Below, piece after piece: positions 1 through 9,872 of a stretch of DNA of 64,000 nt. This stretch comes from Gammaproteobacteria bacterium (lineage in GTDB: Bacteria > Pseudomonadota > Gammaproteobacteria > Eutrophobiales > Eutrophobiaceae). Within the stretch, counting starts at the first letter, position 1. Each line of letters opens with the position of its first letter. A program made the position numbers and the translations under genes. A model generated the notes under the pieces. It had not been told where the DNA came from and searched no databases. It saw only the letters and a list, made by a program, of their open reading frames with translations. The stretch covers positions 65,021-129,020 of the forward strand of contig CBDCTH010000010.1 in assembly GCA_965222155.1 (NCBI GenBank), given 5' to 3'.

Positions 1-187
1 CTATGGCCTTTCTAATGGTATCGGGAATGCTCAGCGCCTCATCGAATTCGGATTCTATCGACGCGGGACCTTTATCGAGGAGGGAATGCCGCACTTCAAG
101 GTCCGGACGTTCCAGTTCCCTGACATCGTCCAGTTGCCGAATACCTTTTGTTATGATGGGAGTAATTAATTGAATAATTTTTTTCAT
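1..187 (-). CDS. Asp/Glu/hydantoin racemase family protein, 5' part (runs off the window)
   Basis: Manual translation from ATG at 187: MKKIIQLITPII...DKGPASIESEFDEALSIPDTIRKAI. The GPxSIE motif is typical of hydantoin racemases. Starts 10 bp after the TonB receptor stop. Confidence 0.75.
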   Translation of the reverse strand, partial: MKKIIQLITPIITKGIRQLDDVRELERPDLEVRHSLLDKGPASIESEFDEALSIPDTIRKAI

Positions 188-196
188 AGTGAGACG

Positions 197-2350
197 CTAC
201 CAGTTCAAATCCACACTTATGCCATAGGTTGCAGGCAGACCATAGTTCTCACCGAAGCCAACTGATGATGTCAATACCTGGGTACGATAAACCTCATCGG
301 TAATGTTTCTACCCCACAAATGAACCCCCCACCTTCCAGTGGCGGAACTGATGCCCGCCCGCGCGTTCGTTATCCAATATCCGTCTTCCAGGGTTTCCAT
401 CGGCTGGTTGACAATATCGTAGGAGACATCATCTTTATAGGACGTATCCAACATAATGTCAGCTACCAGACCTGGGGTAAGATTCCATTGGTACTTGACA
501 CCGGCATTAAAATTCACGTCAGGCGAGTTTGGCAGATCACTTCCTTCAGCCACATTGGGAACAAACGAATCCGTAATTTCAGTATCAAGCAATCCCAAAC
601 CCAAGCGTATATCGAGACCTGCAGCCACCCGCCATAATAAATCAAATTCCGCACCATACACTTCCGCATCACCGGCATTGGTGATGCCAAATAATGGGCC
701 AAGTAATTCATGTTGAAAAATAGGCCCATAAATTTGCACGCCTTCGTAATCATAGAAGAACGCGGAGATATTAAATTGCAGACTATTGTTTAATAGTTGT
801 ATTTTGGCACCAATTTCATACGCGCTGACAAGTTCTTTATCGAAGGCCTGAAGATCAGCGGGGTTGAATGTGAGTTGTCCCTGAAAATTGCCTGATTTAA
901 AACCCCGACTAAAGCTGGCGTACAATAAGGTGTTTTCAAACCCGGTAAAATCAATACCCGCTTTCCCCGATAAGTTTGATACGCTGTAATCATTGCTGAT
1001 CGGGGCAAAAACCTGGACCTCTGCCTCACCAAATCTCAGGAAAGTGAATGCATCATTGAATTCCTTGTCCTCTTCCGTATAACGTAGCCCGGCAATAACC
1101 TTCCAGTTCTCATGGAACTGCCATTCAGCGTGGCCGAATACGGCGTATGAATCCGCTTCCTGGTTATATTCATTACCAACTGCATCCGCGGGGACACCCA
1201 GCAAGGGCAGTAGAGCGGAGGCATCAAAATTATCCCGCGTTGACACTTCATCACGGCCGTAAAATACGCCGCCAATGAGCACATACTCGTCCTTCACGTA
1301 AGTCAAGCGTAGTTCCTGTGAAACCTGCTCAATATTATTGAGAAACAGACCATCCAGATGAACCAGGATAGTACCGTCCCTGTCCTCATCATGACTACGC
1401 TCATAATCTTCGTAGCCGGTTACCGATGCCAACGTCAAATCTTCTGAAATATGCCAGTTGACGGCTAGCGATGCGCCGTAGCTTTCATTATCCAACAGCG
1501 TATCATTGCCGGCGGATGAACTGAACGGATCGGCAATACCGTCATCAACAGGCGTAAGTGCATTATCGACTTTAACCAGGAGGGTATCCGAATTATCAAA
1601 ACCTCCATGCACATTGATAAAAATATCCAGGTCTTCAGATGGCTGCCAGTTCAACAGGGCGCGCCAGGCGGTGCGATCAATTTCGCCCACCTTATCACCG
1701 GTTGCCCGGTTTAACTGAAAACCGTCGTTGCGCTGGGAAGTCTGTACGGCAGCCCGGCCTGTCAGTCCTTCCGCTATCTGGCCGCCTATGGCGCCTTCCA
1801 GGATGAAATGATCATAGCGGCCATAATCAGCAGACAGGTAACCTTCAAATTCTTTCGTTGGTTTCTTACTGATAAATTTCACGGCCCCGGCAGTGGTATT
1901 TCGACCATATAGGGTTCCCTGCGGCCCTTTCAGCACCTCGACACGTTCCATATCAAATAACTGAAACGTAAGCATCGCCGGTGATACCAGGTAGACCTCA
2001 TCGATGTAGATACCGGCTGCCGGGTTATTGTTGACGGCATAGTCGTTCAATCCAAGACCGCGAATACTGACGTTCGTTATGCTGTTGCCGAATGTTTCAT
2101 TGATGTTGAGATTCGGAGTCTGCGCGGCAAGATCAACCGGCTGGCCCAACCGCTGTTCACGAATATCATCCCCTGTAAATACCGTCACAGCCACACTGAC
2201 GTCATTCAGGTTTTGTTCCCGCTTTTGCGCGGTAACGATAATCTCTTCAATCTGTAGCGTTGTGTCTTGTGCTGTAAGATTGGTCGCCCACGCAAATGCA
2301 ATTGTCCATGTAATCATATGTGTTATTGCCTTATTAACTGCTGGTTTCAT
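197..2350 (-). CDS. TonB-dependent outer-membrane receptor
   Basis: Signal peptide, TonB box (EEIIVTAQKREQ), plug motif RVEVLKGPQGTLYGRNTTAGAV, C-terminal aromatic residue (W). Confidence 0.95.
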   Translation of the reverse strand: MKPAVNKAITHMITWTIAFAWATNLTAQDTTLQIEEIIVTAQKREQNLNDVSVAVTVFTGDDIREQRLGQPVDLAAQTPNLNINETFGNSITNVSIRGLGLNDYAVNNNPAAGIYIDEVYLVSPAMLTFQLFDMERVEVLKGPQGTLYGRNTTAGAVKFISKKPTKEFEGYLSADYGRYDHFILEGAIGGQIAEGLTGRAAVQTSQRNDGFQLNRATGDKVGEIDRTAWRALLNWQPSEDLDIFINVHGGFDNSDTLLVKVDNALTPVDDGIADPFSSSAGNDTLLDNESYGASLAVNWHISEDLTLASVTGYEDYERSHDEDRDGTILVHLDGLFLNNIEQVSQELRLTYVKDEYVLIGGVFYGRDEVSTRDNFDASALLPLLGVPADAVGNEYNQEADSYAVFGHAEWQFHENWKVIAGLRYTEEDKEFNDAFTFLRFGEAEVQVFAPISNDYSVSNLSGKAGIDFTGFENTLLYASFSRGFKSGNFQGQLTFNPADLQAFDKELVSAYEIGAKIQLLNNSLQFNISAFFYDYEGVQIYGPIFQHELLGPLFGITNAGDAEVYGAEFDLLWRVAAGLDIRLGLGLLDTEITDSFVPNVAEGSDLPNSPDVNFNAGVKYQWNLTPGLVADIMLDTSYKDDVSYDIVNQPMETLEDGYWITNARAGISSATGRWGVHLWGRNITDEVYRTQVLTSSVGFGENYGLPATYGISVDLNW

Positions 2351-2376
2351 TTCACGTACCCCCTATATTAAAGCTG

Positions 2377-3507
2377 TCATTTCAGGCTGCCTAATTTTTC
2401 AATCGGAATAAAATCTTCATCCAGACCAAAGGCCTGCGGGCCGAACACAGCCAGACATTCGGGCCTTCTCATGATGGGTGCGGCGCTGGTTCCAATGACC
2501 TTGACCCGTTGACCATATTTCATAGCCTCAACCGTTACAGGCCGGCATGTTTCCCTGTCCACAATGCAAATCAGGTCCGGGACGACGGCGACTGTTTTCC
2601 CATCAATACGCGCAACCAGATTTTCGTTCTGGAACAGGATATTCATGTGTTGTGCGCTACCATCAAGCGCATCAAGCTCACACTGTCCCATGGAAAACCC
2701 CTTCGCCGTTTCCCTTCTCAGATCAGTTATCTTTCCGTCAAACAATACCTTGCAGTGGTTGTAGTATTCAGTGGATCGCAAATAAGCAAGCAAGGTCTCG
2801 ATGGGTTCACCTTCCATCCTGCCCCGCGAGATAGCGCGGCCAACACCCAGTGCAAGGGTTAACGTTCCCTTTACCCCATAATTCTTAACCTGGCGCCCGG
2901 TCATGGGATAACAGGAAATCATGACACTCAGTCCCATCTGGATAGCGGCGGCGCGAATTAAATCTTCTGCACGCTTCCCGTTATTCGTTTCAACAATGAC
3001 CGTCTCAAGGTGTTCATCGACAATAACCGCAGGTGTGACTGATACCCCATAGACACTGAACGTGACCATTTGTAATTCCGGGAAAGCCCGCCCCATTCCA
3101 TCACAATTCACCAGCGGCAAACCCAAACGCGCGGCGGCAACGACAGGGATCATGGAATTGATGCCGCCTATTTCGATCGGGCAGATCGCGTCCGGCCGGC
3201 GACCCACAAGCCGTGCAAGCCGTTCAACGGAATAATCAATATCCTCACCGGACGCGGCTTTCTCCACCAGGACCGTCGGCGCGCCCAGCATGGCCGCAGG
3301 TAGAACAGTCGCATCATCATCCAGTTCATCGACATCGATAATTTCCGGTTCCCCGTATTCCTCAATGGCATGCTTTGCCATCAACCGGCCGATATAAGGG
3401 TCGCCGCCGCCGCCTGTTCCGAGAAACGCCGCCCCCTGGGCTAAATCCTCCAGATCCTCTACAGTGATAAACAGGCTCCGATCGGTTGTTGCCGCGACAT
3501 TCAGCAT
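2377..3507 (-). CDS. DUF917 family protein (S-methyl thiohydantoin desulfurase-like fold)
   Basis: Motifs GAAFLGTGGGG, EIGGIN, DGMGRAFPEL, FQNENL, PDLI; sits in the usual position beside a hydantoinase/oxoprolinase gene. Confidence 0.85.
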   Translation of the reverse strand: MLNVAATTDRSLFITVEDLEDLAQGAAFLGTGGGGDPYIGRLMAKHAIEEYGEPEIIDVDELDDDATVLPAAMLGAPTVLVEKAASGEDIDYSVERLARLVGRRPDAICPIEIGGINSMIPVVAAARLGLPLVNCDGMGRAFPELQMVTFSVYGVSVTPAVIVDEHLETVIVETNNGKRAEDLIRAAAIQMGLSVMISCYPMTGRQVKNYGVKGTLTLALGVGRAISRGRMEGEPIETLLAYLRSTEYYNHCKVLFDGKITDLRRETAKGFSMGQCELDALDGSAQHMNILFQNENLVARIDGKTVAVVPDLICIVDRETCRPVTVEAMKYGQRVKVIGTSAAPIMRRPECLAVFGPQAFGLDEDFIPIEKLGSLK

Positions 3508-5099
3508 ACGTACAACTCTCCAGCCGCTTTTGCGCGGATACGCACAGCGCTGGCCGGCATATAGGCAAGCGGCATCTCCTCAAAATCTATAATTTCAATG
3601 CTGTTTTCATCAGCTCCGGCATTCCTGGCCTGGTTGGCGGCTTCCGCTCGCGCATTTTTTACGGCTTCCTCACGCGTGATTTGCTCATAGGAATAGACTT
3701 TGTTGATTTCCCCGCCGACCTGGGCAATAGAGGCCCCAATCGCATTCGCCACCTGCGCATGCTGCGGGACTATAACTTCAGTCGTGCCGGCAATATGTTC
3801 CCGGATCAGAATTGACCCGCCTCCGACCAGGATTAAGGGTAACGGCTCGGCGTTCGTTTTCATGCGGTCCACGCATTCTTCCACTGTCCTGTGCATGACG
3901 CTCGCCGTTTCCCGTATCAATGACTTGGGCAGGTTGGCAACGGCAATAGGATCACCGATCTCAACGAAGCCCGCGGCAACTGCAATATCTGTAGCCGTCA
4001 GTTGATTTCCACCGAATACCTGCGCCTCTTCCACCAGGCGATAACCGACTGATCGTGGACCGATCCTGACTTTTCCATTTTGACTGACGAGGCTGCCACC
4101 CCCTAGTCCGACGGACAGTATATCCGGCATGCGAAAATTGGTGCGTACGCTACCCACGTCTATGGCAACACCGGATTCTCGCGGAAAACCATTGACCAGG
4201 ACGCCGATATCAGTTGTGGTGCCGCCGATATCCACAACCAGCGCATCCTTAAGTCCGGACAGATAAGCCGCACCGCGAATACTGTTGGTCGGGCCGGAAG
4301 CAAAGGTCAAAACCGGGTATTTTTCAACGAATTCGGCGCTCATCAAGGTTCCGTCATTCTGGCTGATATAAAACGGCGCCTTTATATTGAGCTCAGTCAA
4401 AGCCCGTTCAAACGAAGCAACGAAGCTGGCGCTTAAACCGGCCAGACTCGCATTGATGATCGCAGCATTTTCCCGTTCCAGTAAACCGATGCGGCCGATA
4501 CGAGATGATAAGGTGACTGACGCGTCCGGTAGTTCATTCAATAGGATTTCCCCGGCGCGCTCTTCCATAGCGCTGTTTACGGGTGAAAATACACCACTGA
4601 CGGCGACCGTCCGTATCCCTTTTGCATGCATATCTTTTGCAGCGGAAGCAATCGCATTTTCATCCAGTTTGGAAATCGGCCTCCCGTCGAACTCATATCC
4701 GCCCGCTACCATGTAGTGATGCTTTCCTATCACTGCAGCAATGTCATCGGGCCAGTCGACCATGGGAGGCACGCCACGCGTGGCAGGCAAAGCCAGACGT
4801 ATCACCCCCACTTCCTGCAAATGCTTACGCTCGACAAAGGCATTGGTGAAATGAGTGGTGCCCATCATGACGGCCTGAATATCTTCCGCTGCAATCCGTG
4901 ACATATTGAGCACGTTCCTGACAGCCGTAATGATCCCTTCATCGACATTCCCGCCGGTAGGCACCTTATGTACGGCCTTCACCTTTTGCCCGTGCATCAA
5001 TACGGCGTCCGTATTGGTACCGCCTACATCTACGCCAATTCTGATAATTGCAATTTCCTCCAAGTGATCTGAAAACCAGGACATCTCTATTTTTCGCAC
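3501..5099 (-). CDS. Hydantoinase/oxoprolinase family protein (HyuA-like ATP-binding subunit)
   Basis: IGVDVGGTNTD, GTTHFTNA, SGPTNS, DIGGTTTD, GLGGGS, ANAIGA motifs. True start uncertain, probably near 5045-5085. Confidence 0.9.
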   Translation of the reverse strand: MRKIEMSWFSDHLEEIAIIRIGVDVGGTNTDAVLMHGQKVKAVHKVPTGGNVDEGIITAVRNVLNMSRIAAEDIQAVMMGTTHFTNAFVERKHLQEVGVIRLALPATRGVPPMVDWPDDIAAVIGKHHYMVAGGYEFDGRPISKLDENAIASAAKDMHAKGIRTVAVSGVFSPVNSAMEERAGEILLNELPDASVTLSSRIGRIGLLERENAAIINASLAGLSASFVASFERALTELNIKAPFYISQNDGTLMSAEFVEKYPVLTFASGPTNSIRGAAYLSGLKDALVVDIGGTTTDIGVLVNGFPRESGVAIDVGSVRTNFRMPDILSVGLGGGSLVSQNGKVRIGPRSVGYRLVEEAQVFGGNQLTATDIAVAAGFVEIGDPIAVANLPKSLIRETASVMHRTVEECVDRMKTNAEPLPLILVGGGSILIREHIAGTTEVIVPQHAQVANAIGASIAQVGGEINKVYSYEQITREEAVKNARAEAANQARNAGADENSIEIIDFEEMPLAYMPASAVRIRAKAAGELYVC

Positions 5100-5311
5100 T
5101 AAAACAACCCGGAAGACCCAGGGCTCCTCCGCGAAAGAAGTTTTAACTCAGATTAGTCAATTTCCATCTGAAATCACTTGGTGTGAAGTGTGGTTTGCCG
5201 GTTTAATTGAGTAGTCCCACTTTTTGCTTGTGAATTGGCTACCTGCACGAACGGGTAGGTCAATACCAAGTCCTATTGACAGGTTGCGAACATGAACTTA
5301 ATGTAAGTTCC

Positions 5312-8047
5312 ATGAAGCAATTACGTAAGCCGGATATTATTTCCCTGTTCCCAATCTGGCTTATGCGTTCAAAGGTGTACCCCACCCATCAGCGAGTGGA
5401 CGTACTGCAGCGGCCGTCCCTGATTAAACAGCTTGATGCCTGCATGGATGCCACCTTATCGCTTGTTTGTGCGCCGGCCGGTTACGGAAAGAGTACACTA
5501 TATGCCGACTGGCGTAACAAGCTGTTACAGGACAATGTCAAAGTCTGCTGGTTGTCGCTGGAACAGGAAGATAACGACGCATTCCAGCTTCTGACCTACA
5601 TCGCCTACTCACTATACGAAGGCGGGGTGGATTTTTCCAAAGCCGGAGTAATAGAAAAATTACACTTCAGCGATCTCTCTGCGCGTACATTGCTGAGCAT
5701 CATCCATCGGGTTGTCGAAGCTGATAAGCAAAAAATCGTTCTTATCATCGATGACTTTGAAAATCTTAACGAAGAGACGATTGACAGGGTAATCCAGCCG
5801 TTGGTAAACCATGCACCGTCAAACCTGCACATTGCTGTTGCAAGCAGGGATTACCGCAGGTTAAAGGTGGCCAAGCTGGAAATGGAAGGCCTGGCGATCC
5901 GCCTGCCCGCCAAGAGTCTCAACTTCACACCGGACGAACTGAAGGTGTTGTTCGAGAATTATCTGCCGGCCGAAACCATAGGGGAAATTCACCACCTGAC
6001 AGAGGGCTGGCCTGTGGCCATACAAATGCTCAGGAGTTCCCTGAAGGTTGATCGGGACATATACCGTGTGCTATCCAGTCTCACATCATCTTCCAGCGTT
6101 ATCACCACTTACCTTTCCGAGCAGATATTCCAAGGTCTTGAAAGCAGTCTGCAAACATTCCTGATGGATATTTCCCTGATTGACGCCATCACCTATGACC
6201 AGGCGGATTATATCCGTGAGGCTGACGACAGCGAAATCCGGTTTAACGCCTGCAATATGTTGAGCACCCTGGTTTTGCCTGTGGAGAAGGTAATGAGCAC
6301 CTTTCGGCTCCACCCTCTTTTTCGGGAATATCTGCATCACAGGCTGGTAATTACCCACCCTGACCGGGTGTTGAAGTTGCACCTGCGCAGCGCCGATTGG
6401 TTTGCCGGGAAAGGAAATCTTGTCCGGGCGGTCAGGCATGCGGTGCAGGCGGGTAAACCACAACGGGCGGTAGAGATTATCGAACAGCAAGGCGGCGTTA
6501 TACTCTGGCTGAGAGAGGGATTGACCCGCTTGAGAACTACCCTGAATTTACTGGATGAGAAAACCGTTTCCGCATCACCCCGAATTACGTCTATCCGCTG
6601 TATCCTGGATATCAAGGACGGCGAAGTCTACCAGGCCCGCGAGCGCTACGACGCCATGCTTACTCGTTACTGGGATGTAAAAGAAACTCTCGCCGCAGAG
6701 GAACAGGCACGCATCGACCATGAACTCATGCTGGTGGAACCGCTATTGGCCTGTTACGAGGGAAAGATGCTGTCCGAGCAATTTTGTTCCCAACTCACAC
6801 ATAACATTTCGAGGGTTGATCGGAATGATCATGCAACCCTTGGCTATCACCATAACCTGCTCTGTTTTGCCTACGCGCAAAGAGGGATGCTGCGGGAAGC
6901 CCGATACCATGCTGGGAAGGCAGTAAAGGAATACAGGCTGCTTGGCTCATTCTATGGCGAGGTCTACATTAATTTCCATTTGGGAGATATTTCCTTTGCG
7001 GAGGGAAACAGCGAACAGGCCAGAACGTATTACCAAACCGGACTAAAGCTGGGCAGGCAGCATTTTAACGATGATATGAGCATAAAACTGGTTGCCAGGG
7101 TATTGACGGCGGAGTTGAATTACGAGATGAATCAACTGCGGGGCTTGTCCAATATGACTGCTTCCATAGCAAAGCAACTGGAAGAAAGGGAAGCCTGGTT
7201 TGATATCTACGCGGCCGGCTACACAACCACAAGCAATGTCGAATTTGCCAGACATGGAATCGATGCTGCGGACACAATTCTGGATCGTTCCCTTTCCTAT
7301 GCCAGGACGCAGAAGCTGGAGCGTTTAATTAACCTGCTGTTATTTCAGCGCATGGATTTGCTGCTGCGCGCCGGTTTGGACGGGGCGGCCCGCTCCGTAT
7401 TGAAAGAGTCAGGTTTACAGTTGGAAAACTATCGAAACCCTGGCAAAAGCGACATTGCCTGGCGCGAGCGGCAGGCCGCCGTTCACGCAATTATTCTATT
7501 GCGGATCAGAGAAAAAAAGTATGAAGAAGCATTATCGGCGCTCGATTATTTTTCTCATCATGCGAAAACCTACGGACACCTGAAACCGAATATCAGGTAC
7601 GCAATCTTAACGAGTTTGGCTTATCGAGGTAAAAACGATTATCCGACGGCATTTGAACACCTGTATCAGGCGATAAGACTGTCGTTAAGTTCCGGTTTTA
7701 TCCGACCATTTATTGACGCCGGCAGTGGATTGGAAGAGACCCTGCTACTTTATAAGCAATCGTCGAAATATCCCGCTGCCCCAGCCGACCACAAACAACA
7801 AACGGATAAAATAGCCGCGTACTTCACGGGTACTGATGAAGCGGGCACTGCCGAACAATTTATGAGTAAGAGAGAAAGCGAAGTGCTGGAACACCTGGCG
7901 CGAGGCTTATCCAACAAGCTGATCGCCAGAAATATCGGCGTCTCGGAAAATACGATCCGGTTCCACCTGAAGAATATCTATCACAAACTCCAGGTGCATA
8001 ACCGGCTGCTCGCCATATCCGCAGCGCGGGAGAGGAAGATAATTTGA
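5312..8047 (+). CDS. MalT-like (LAL) ATP-dependent LuxR-family transcriptional regulator
   Basis: Walker A APAGYGKS, TEGWP, FRLHPLFREYL, C-terminal LuxR HTH (SKRESEVL...GLSNKLIA...TIRFHLKNIYHKL); divergent from the hydantoinase cluster. Confidence 0.9.
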   Translation: MKQLRKPDIISLFPIWLMRSKVYPTHQRVDVLQRPSLIKQLDACMDATLSLVCAPAGYGKSTLYADWRNKLLQDNVKVCWLSLEQEDNDAFQLLTYIAYSLYEGGVDFSKAGVIEKLHFSDLSARTLLSIIHRVVEADKQKIVLIIDDFENLNEETIDRVIQPLVNHAPSNLHIAVASRDYRRLKVAKLEMEGLAIRLPAKSLNFTPDELKVLFENYLPAETIGEIHHLTEGWPVAIQMLRSSLKVDRDIYRVLSSLTSSSSVITTYLSEQIFQGLESSLQTFLMDISLIDAITYDQADYIREADDSEIRFNACNMLSTLVLPVEKVMSTFRLHPLFREYLHHRLVITHPDRVLKLHLRSADWFAGKGNLVRAVRHAVQAGKPQRAVEIIEQQGGVILWLREGLTRLRTTLNLLDEKTVSASPRITSIRCILDIKDGEVYQARERYDAMLTRYWDVKETLAAEEQARIDHELMLVEPLLACYEGKMLSEQFCSQLTHNISRVDRNDHATLGYHHNLLCFAYAQRGMLREARYHAGKAVKEYRLLGSFYGEVYINFHLGDISFAEGNSEQARTYYQTGLKLGRQHFNDDMSIKLVARVLTAELNYEMNQLRGLSNMTASIAKQLEEREAWFDIYAAGYTTTSNVEFARHGIDAADTILDRSLSYARTQKLERLINLLLFQRMDLLLRAGLDGAARSVLKESGLQLENYRNPGKSDIAWRERQAAVHAIILLRIREKKYEEALSALDYFSHHAKTYGHLKPNIRYAILTSLAYRGKNDYPTAFEHLYQAIRLSLSSGFIRPFIDAGSGLEETLLLYKQSSKYPAAPADHKQQTDKIAAYFTGTDEAGTAEQFMSKRESEVLEHLARGLSNKLIARNIGVSENTIRFHLKNIYHKLQVHNRLLAISAARERKII

Positions 8048-8053
8048 GGAAGC

Positions 8054-8527
8054 CTATGCCAATAAATTCAGCGGCAGTTCGTTGGTGCATTTGATTTCGG
8101 AAACCACCATCTTGGAATTTACTTCGCGCACGGCCGGCAGCGACAGCAGTTGACGCAGGAACCGTTCGTATGCATGGATGTCGGTAGCCACAACTTTCAA
8201 CAAAAAATCCATTTCTCCCAGTACCGTGTAGCACTCAAGCACCTCCGGCAGTTTCTCCACGGCTTTCTGGAAATTCGGCAACGCTTCATGACCGTGCGCA
8301 TCGAGTTTGACTTCCGCAAATACGATGACATCCAGGCCCAGTTGGTTGTGGTCCAGTATGGCTACCCGCTTCTTCAGTACCCCTGTATCCATCAGGCGCT
8401 TGAGTCGGCGCCAGCATGGTGATGTGGACAAGCCTATCTTTGCCGCCAGTTCGCTGACGGTCAAACCGGCATCCCGTTGCAGGATAGTCAAGATTTTCTT
8501 ATCGAAACGGTCGAGATTATAGGTCAT
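8054..8527 (-). CDS. Lrp/AsnC family regulator (BkdR-like)
   Basis: LDRFDKKILTILQ...LSTSPCWRRLKRL HTH plus AsnC ligand domain; divergent from the bkd operon. Start placed at ATG 8527. Confidence 0.9.
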   Translation of the reverse strand: MTYNLDRFDKKILTILQRDAGLTVSELAAKIGLSTSPCWRRLKRLMDTGVLKKRVAILDHNQLGLDVIVFAEVKLDAHGHEALPNFQKAVEKLPEVLECYTVLGEMDFLLKVVATDIHAYERFLRQLLSLPAVREVNSKMVVSEIKCTNELPLNLLA

Positions 8528-8650
8528 TATTACCTCATATACAGGATATATTAGTAATATTTTGCTAATTATCCCGCAATATTGTGAAAATAGCAAAAAT
8601 AATCCCTTTACACCCGCCTATAATTTGTTCATCCATTTCGATCAATAGAC

Positions 8651-9871
8651 ATGACAAGCAGATTACATATTCCAGCAGCGCCTTACCGCCCCGGCGAGGA
8701 GCCTGACTTCAGCGCCACAGCTTTACCCCGGGCCGGTGAACTGGCGCGTCCTGATGAACTGGTGCCGGCAAACACCACCAGTGATCTGTCATTCGGCATG
8801 ATTCGCGTCCTGGATGACAACTACCAGGCCGTGGGTCCCTGGGATCCGAAACTGCCGACAGAGGTGTTACGTGACGGATTACGCTACATGTTGCTGACGC
8901 GTCTCTACGACGAGCGCATGTTCAGGATGCAGCGTCAGGGCAAGATATCGTTTTACCTGAAGTGTACCGGTGAAGAAGCCGTATCGGTGGCCCAATGCAT
9001 GGCGCTGAATGATGGCGACATGTTATTCCCCACTTACCGGCAACAGGGTTTGCTGATCACGCGGGGCTATCCCTTGCTGGACATGATGTGCCAGTGCCTG
9101 TCCAATGCAGGCGACAAGCTGCAGGGCCGCCAGCTGCCCGTTCTGTACAGCTCAGATGTACATAACTTTTTCACAATTTCCGGCAACCTGGGTACCCAGT
9201 TTTCCCAGGCCGTCGGCTGGGCCATGGCGGCTGAATATAAGAAAACCAATGATATAGCGGTGGCCTGGGTCGGCGAAGGGACCAGCGCCGAGGCGGATTT
9301 TCACTATGCCCTCACCTTCAGTGCGGTGTACCGCGCGCCGGTTATTCTGAACGTCGTGAACAACCAATGGGCTATTTCCACTCATCAAAATGTGGCGGGA
9401 GGCGATCAGAACCCCTTTGCCGCGCGGGGCATCGGCTACGGCATCCCCGGCCTGCGTGTGGACGGCAATGATTTTCTCGCTATCTTTGCCGCTACCCGCT
9501 GGGCCGCTAATCGGGCACGCGCAGGGGGCGGCCCTACCCTGATAGAGCTGTATACCTACCGCGCCTCGGCCCATTCCACCAGCGACGACCCCGGCAGGTA
9601 TCGGCCGGCCGACGAATGGGAACGCTGGCCCCTGGGCGATCCCTTGGAGCGCCTGAAACAGCATTTAATTACTCTGGATGAATGGTCTGAAACGGAACAC
9701 GAACAAATGCAAACGGAACTGGAAGAAATAGTGAGCAAGACCTGGGAGGAAGCCATTTCGTTGGGAACGTTGAACGAAGGACCACACCCCCCCGTCTCGG
9801 CCATGTTCGAACATGTTTACAAGGAAATGCCGCCCCACCTGTTGGAACAACGCCGGCAACTGGAGGGATGA
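8651..9871 (+). CDS. bkdA1: Branched-chain 2-oxoacid dehydrogenase E1 alpha
   Basis: RQGKISFY, GEEA, PTYRQ, TPP-binding GEG...NNQWAIS, YRASAHSTSDDP. Confidence 0.93.
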   Translation: MTSRLHIPAAPYRPGEEPDFSATALPRAGELARPDELVPANTTSDLSFGMIRVLDDNYQAVGPWDPKLPTEVLRDGLRYMLLTRLYDERMFRMQRQGKISFYLKCTGEEAVSVAQCMALNDGDMLFPTYRQQGLLITRGYPLLDMMCQCLSNAGDKLQGRQLPVLYSSDVHNFFTISGNLGTQFSQAVGWAMAAEYKKTNDIAVAWVGEGTSAEADFHYALTFSAVYRAPVILNVVNNQWAISTHQNVAGGDQNPFAARGIGYGIPGLRVDGNDFLAIFAATRWAANRARAGGGPTLIELYTYRASAHSTSDDPGRYRPADEWERWPLGDPLERLKQHLITLDEWSETEHEQMQTELEEIVSKTWEEAISLGTLNEGPHPPVSAMFEHVYKEMPPHLLEQRRQLEG

Positions 9872-9872
9872 G

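Noticed and set aside
5235-5263. Imperfect inverted repeat (CTACC...GGTAG) as the MalT-like regulator binding site
   Set aside because: Too degenerate to support without comparative data.
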